Source: Paraphysomonas bandaiensis (taxonomy: Eukaryota > Protista > Chrysophyceae). Taken from it: a DNA stretch of 24,583 nucleotides. Position 1 is the stretch's first letter. Each line of letters starts with the position of its first letter. The notes under the pieces were generated by a model. The model did not search any database, had not been told where the DNA came from, and was given only the letters and a program-made list of their open reading frames with translations. The stretch covers positions 1 to 24,583 of the forward strand of contig CBFFRP010000085.1 in the NCBI GenBank assembly GCA_965644295.1, given 5' to 3'. Made by a program: the position numbers and the translations under genes. This document shows positions 21,197 through 24,583 of the stretch, in pieces.

Positions 21197-21793
21197 TGTT
21201 GAAGGAGCTTGTATACCTCCCGACGATGATTCGGTTGAGAGAACAGTTCTCCTCTCTCTATATTGTGTTACCTCAGGATATAGTTAATAGTCCTGTTGAG
21301 TTCACTTGACGTGTCGACAGACTCCCCGCATAGGGCACAGCAGTCGGATTCACAGTCATATTATTGCCGCTCATTAGCAGGCATCTTATACTCAAATGGT
21401 ACAGCCCCTCATGGGTAAGGCAGGCATATCAGTTCATTGCCCCCTATACAAGGCAGGCATATCATATATCAGTTTATTGCCCCCTATTTATGGCAGGCAT
21501 ATCATATTTTAGCCCCTTATCATTATAAAAGGCAGGCATATATTATATCTCTTTTATTTCCACTAGTATGGAATAGTGCTGGCTTTGTTCCACAGGTAGA
21601 ACAGCCTCACAATCAGAGTTTTAACTCTGCTGCCCTATTATAGAGGCACTGATTATCTTAATCTGCATTGCGCACTTTCATGCGATATATGCAATTATCA
21701 GTTCAGCGTTTGTATTTTACCTGGTCCTATAGTCCAGTGATTTAATATGTTTTATCTGTTCTTTCATTGTTGTCATTATGTAGACATTCAACA
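21197..21793. mobile_element. Possible solo LTR with internal tandem repeats
   Basis: TGTTGAA...TTCAACA 7-bp inverted termini; cuts off the preceding ORF. No TSD, PBS or PPT found. Confidence 0.35.
21419..21545 (+). repeat. Four imperfect 33-40 bp tandem units starting GGCAGGCATAT
   Basis: Units start at 21419, 21452, 21492 and 21531; the first three contain a downstream GCCCC motif. Confidence 0.85.
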
Positions 21794-22507
21794 GAAAAGC
21801 ATTTCCATATTATGCTGTTCATGATTTTCAAGCATTTCAAGGTGACAGGTATACAATACTATATTGATTATAATCATTAAGATTCACCTGTTGTGCATTG
21901 TTATGCATTATCTTATAATATTATCAACACATATATATTATCAATGCTATGATATTCTATATTTGGTTTGTTTAACCATGTCAGGCAATATTACAAGCAT
22001 ATATAGTTGATTCAATTCTTCGTCTACTCCATATGAACCTCGTATGTTGTCATAGCGTGGATTGATTTGCTTTGAAGTTTGTGTTTGACTTCTTCAGAAC
22101 TATAGTGGTTCTACGATACGATGACCGTTGTGTTCATAATATCAGTATATATATATATACATGTTGTAAGGCAATAACAAGCCACAAGTTGATAGTAATG
22201 ATAGTGTTATTAACTTGTTTTATCAGAGGTTATCTGTGATAATAATGACTAGCATTCTAATCTGTCTTCTATCACAGACTACACCTACAGCTTACACTTT
22301 GGACATATATATGCCCTTACTCTATACTAATCCACTGTACATATTGGACTGTACATATCCTACACCGTATTGTCATCATACACCGTATAATGGTATACCG
22401 TTACCCTACTGTAGCTGGCTGTCTACACTGTATATATCCTGTATACTATACATCCACAGTATAGTGCAATATACAGCAGTATACTATCAAACCAAGCTTT
22501 CACTCCA

Positions 22508-23563
22508 ATGACAGCCAACCTCCTATACGGGGATGACAACACATGTGTAATGAACAAAGTAGCTGGCGGGCGAAAGTGTACAGTGGTGATATTCGTGGAT
22601 GACATACTAGTCATGTCAAGCCACAAGGGCGACTACCTAGAGTTGCTTAAGAAACTGAAAGAGAAGTTCGGGGATGTAAAGCACGACGATGGGAAAGATC
22701 TGTCGTATCTCGGAATGCACATTAGAGCAGAGGGAGATAAGGTGACAGTGTCCATGAGATCGTACATCGAGAATTTTCTACAAGAACACGGAGTGACAGG
22801 AACTGCTACATCACCTGCTACAGCTACTCTATTTAAGAACACCATGGACAAACCCACTAATAAGAGTGATAGAAGGAAGTTTCACAAGATGGTGGCTCAG
22901 TTGCTGTACCTGGCCAAAAGGGTTAGACCAGACATACTACTTGCAGTCGCTTACCTTAGCACGAGAGTCAAGAATCCGACGCATGCTGACATGGAGAAGC
23001 TTGGCAGGGTGACCCGCTATCTGAACGCAACTAAGGGGCAGGACTTGTTGCTGTGCATTGGAAAGAATCTTACCGTTACTGGATACGTCGATGCAGCATT
23101 TGGGACTCATGAAGATGGAAAGGGTCATTCGGGGCTGGTCGTAAAGGTGGGCGATGCAACAGTACTCTGCAAGTCGTCAAAACAGCGCATTGTGACACGT
23201 GACTCGACGGAATCAGAGTTGGTAGGTCTATCAGATATGTTAATGATGATCGTGCAATGTGCAGAATTCATAAAGGAACAAGGATACAGTATTGACGCAC
23301 CTAGAGTGTTGCAAGACAATACCTCGACTCTATCTCTTGTAACGAAAGGCAGAGGCAAATATCGTACAAAATACCTGCGTGTGAGGCGTGAATTCATCAA
23401 GGAAAGGGCAGATGAAGGAAGCATTCAATTGGAGTACTTACCCACAAAGATGATGCTGGCTGATGCATTGACGAAGCCCCTCCAAGGTACTCTGTACAAG
23501 TTTATGACATGTGGTATCGTGGGAAACAATACACATGCCACAGGGGTGCGTAGAGCTAAATGA
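22508..23563 (+). CDS. Copia C reverse transcriptase (C-terminal half) and RNase H, 5'-truncated
   Basis: IFVDDILV, YLGM, RPDILLAV, YVDAAFG, STESELV, QDNTS, MLADALTKPL. Confidence 0.92.
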   Translation: MTANLLYGDDNTCVMNKVAGGRKCTVVIFVDDILVMSSHKGDYLELLKKLKEKFGDVKHDDGKDLSYLGMHIRAEGDKVTVSMRSYIENFLQEHGVTGTATSPATATLFKNTMDKPTNKSDRRKFHKMVAQLLYLAKRVRPDILLAVAYLSTRVKNPTHADMEKLGRVTRYLNATKGQDLLLCIGKNLTVTGYVDAAFGTHEDGKGHSGLVVKVGDATVLCKSSKQRIVTRDSTESELVGLSDMLMMIVQCAEFIKEQGYSIDAPRVLQDNTSTLSLVTKGRGKYRTKYLRVRREFIKERADEGSIQLEYLPTKMMLADALTKPLQGTLYKFMTCGIVGNNTHATGVRRAK

Positions 23564-23898
23564 TGATTCGGTATAGAAGTCTTCGAGTGATGGAAATGAA
23601 AGTCAACGTGCACATTCGTTTTTGTTACAGTGATTATGTTTTCAGTTATTGTACATGTGTGACTCTGTAGGATACGAGTGGAAGTGTACAGTAGAACATG
23701 ATCAGCTGTAGTATTATTGTGTTGTAGGGAGACACCATAATTTCCTATCACTAACGATTTCTGTAGAATCTGCAAAGAGACTTGTCTTTTGCCTACCTGT
23801 AGTGTAGTTTGAACGGAGGACAACGGGCGAACTGGATCCGTGAGTGTTTGATCTGTAGTATCAGTGTTGTATTTTCGATCCAAGTACGTATTTCTCTA
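23551..23898 (+). repeat. Probable 3' LTR of copia C (348 bp, TAGAG...CTCTA)
   Basis: Preceded by PPT-like AGGGGTGCG (23542-23550); 5-bp inverted termini. No second copy to confirm. Confidence 0.65.
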
Positions 23899-24011
23899 CG
23901 CCACCAGTGAAGGTATCTTTTTTTGTTCTGTTGTTTGTGATAGCATCACAATAAAGTTAAGTCACATCTGCTGCATATACATATATATACACTTCACTTC
24001 TGTCGTCTGAT

Positions 24012-24318
24012 ATGTGGTGGTCTGATATTATTAGAGCTGCTCATGTGGGTGATATCAATGAAGTGAGGAGCTGCGTTACGAGGGGTGACAACATCAATAA
24101 ACAAGATAAGGTCAACCACACACACATACATACATACATACATACATACATACATGTATATATGATTATTATTATTATTGTTTCATAGAGGGGATGGACA
24201 GCACTTCACGAGGCTGCCTCTAATGGTCACAGAGATACAGCTGAGTATCTTATAAGAGCAGGAGCAGATATCAACATACGAGACAATGTAAGTAACCCCT
24301 CGATACATACATACATAC

Positions 24319-24349
<31 letters not shown>

Positions 24350-24583
24350 CATACATACATACATACATACATGCATGTGTATACATACATACATACATAC
24401 ATACATACATACAGAGTGTTGCGAGGCTCACATGTGATTATTATTATTGTTTTATAGGTTGGTTATACAGCTCTTCACAGGGCTGCCTCTAGAGGTCACA
24501 GAGATACAGCTGAGTATCTTATAAGAGCAGGAGCAGATATCAACATACGAGACAATGTAAGTAACCCCTCCATACATACATAC
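24012..24583 (+). CDS. Ankyrin-repeat protein, 5' part; exons 24012-24110, 24189-24287, 24458-24556; continues beyond the window
   Basis: Three 99-bp phase-0 exons with GT-AG introns: [33 protein letters not shown] / [33 protein letters not shown] / [33 protein letters not shown]. Confidence 0.92.
24304..24412 (+). repeat. (CATA)n intronic microsatellite; further copies at ~24125-24154 and 24572-end
   Basis: Tandem ACAT/CATA units with a few interruptions. Confidence 0.95.

Noticed and set aside
21419-21545. CRISPR-like repeat-spacer array
   Set aside because: Constant part is only ~11-13 bp, the intervening sequences resemble each other, there are no cas genes, and the context is eukaryotic.
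24183-24431. MYVC-repeat ORF
   Set aside because: Translation of the (TATG)n microsatellite antisense to the ankyrin intron.

Overview
Eukaryotic, intron-containing, transposon-dense genomic DNA (~50-bp GT-AG introns; a protist such as a stramenopile is my inference, not shown). Ty1/copia retroelements: element A (minus strand, ~1115-5724, one frameshift, 3'-truncated); element B (12935-19652, two 265-bp LTRs, CCTAG target duplication, decayed pol, ~2.5 kb of foreign sequence in place of RNase H); an integrase-tail fragment (~20880-21196); and a 5'-truncated element C with its 3' LTR (22508-23898). DNA elements: a 3.77-kb foldback-like element with two apparently identical 1314-bp inverted arms (7173-10939) and a non-autonomous hAT element with 23-bp TIRs and an 8-bp TSD (11865-12663). 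Host genes: an intact four-exon mitochondrial ISCA1 (11214-11791) and the start of an ankyrin gene built from 99-bp one-repeat exons whose amino-acid differences fall on the predicted binding face (24012 to window end). Best leads: the modular ankyrin exon array; a conserved ~60-aa module at the C-terminus of two divergent copia integrases; copia LTRs that start with TA instead of TG; and the composite foldback element.
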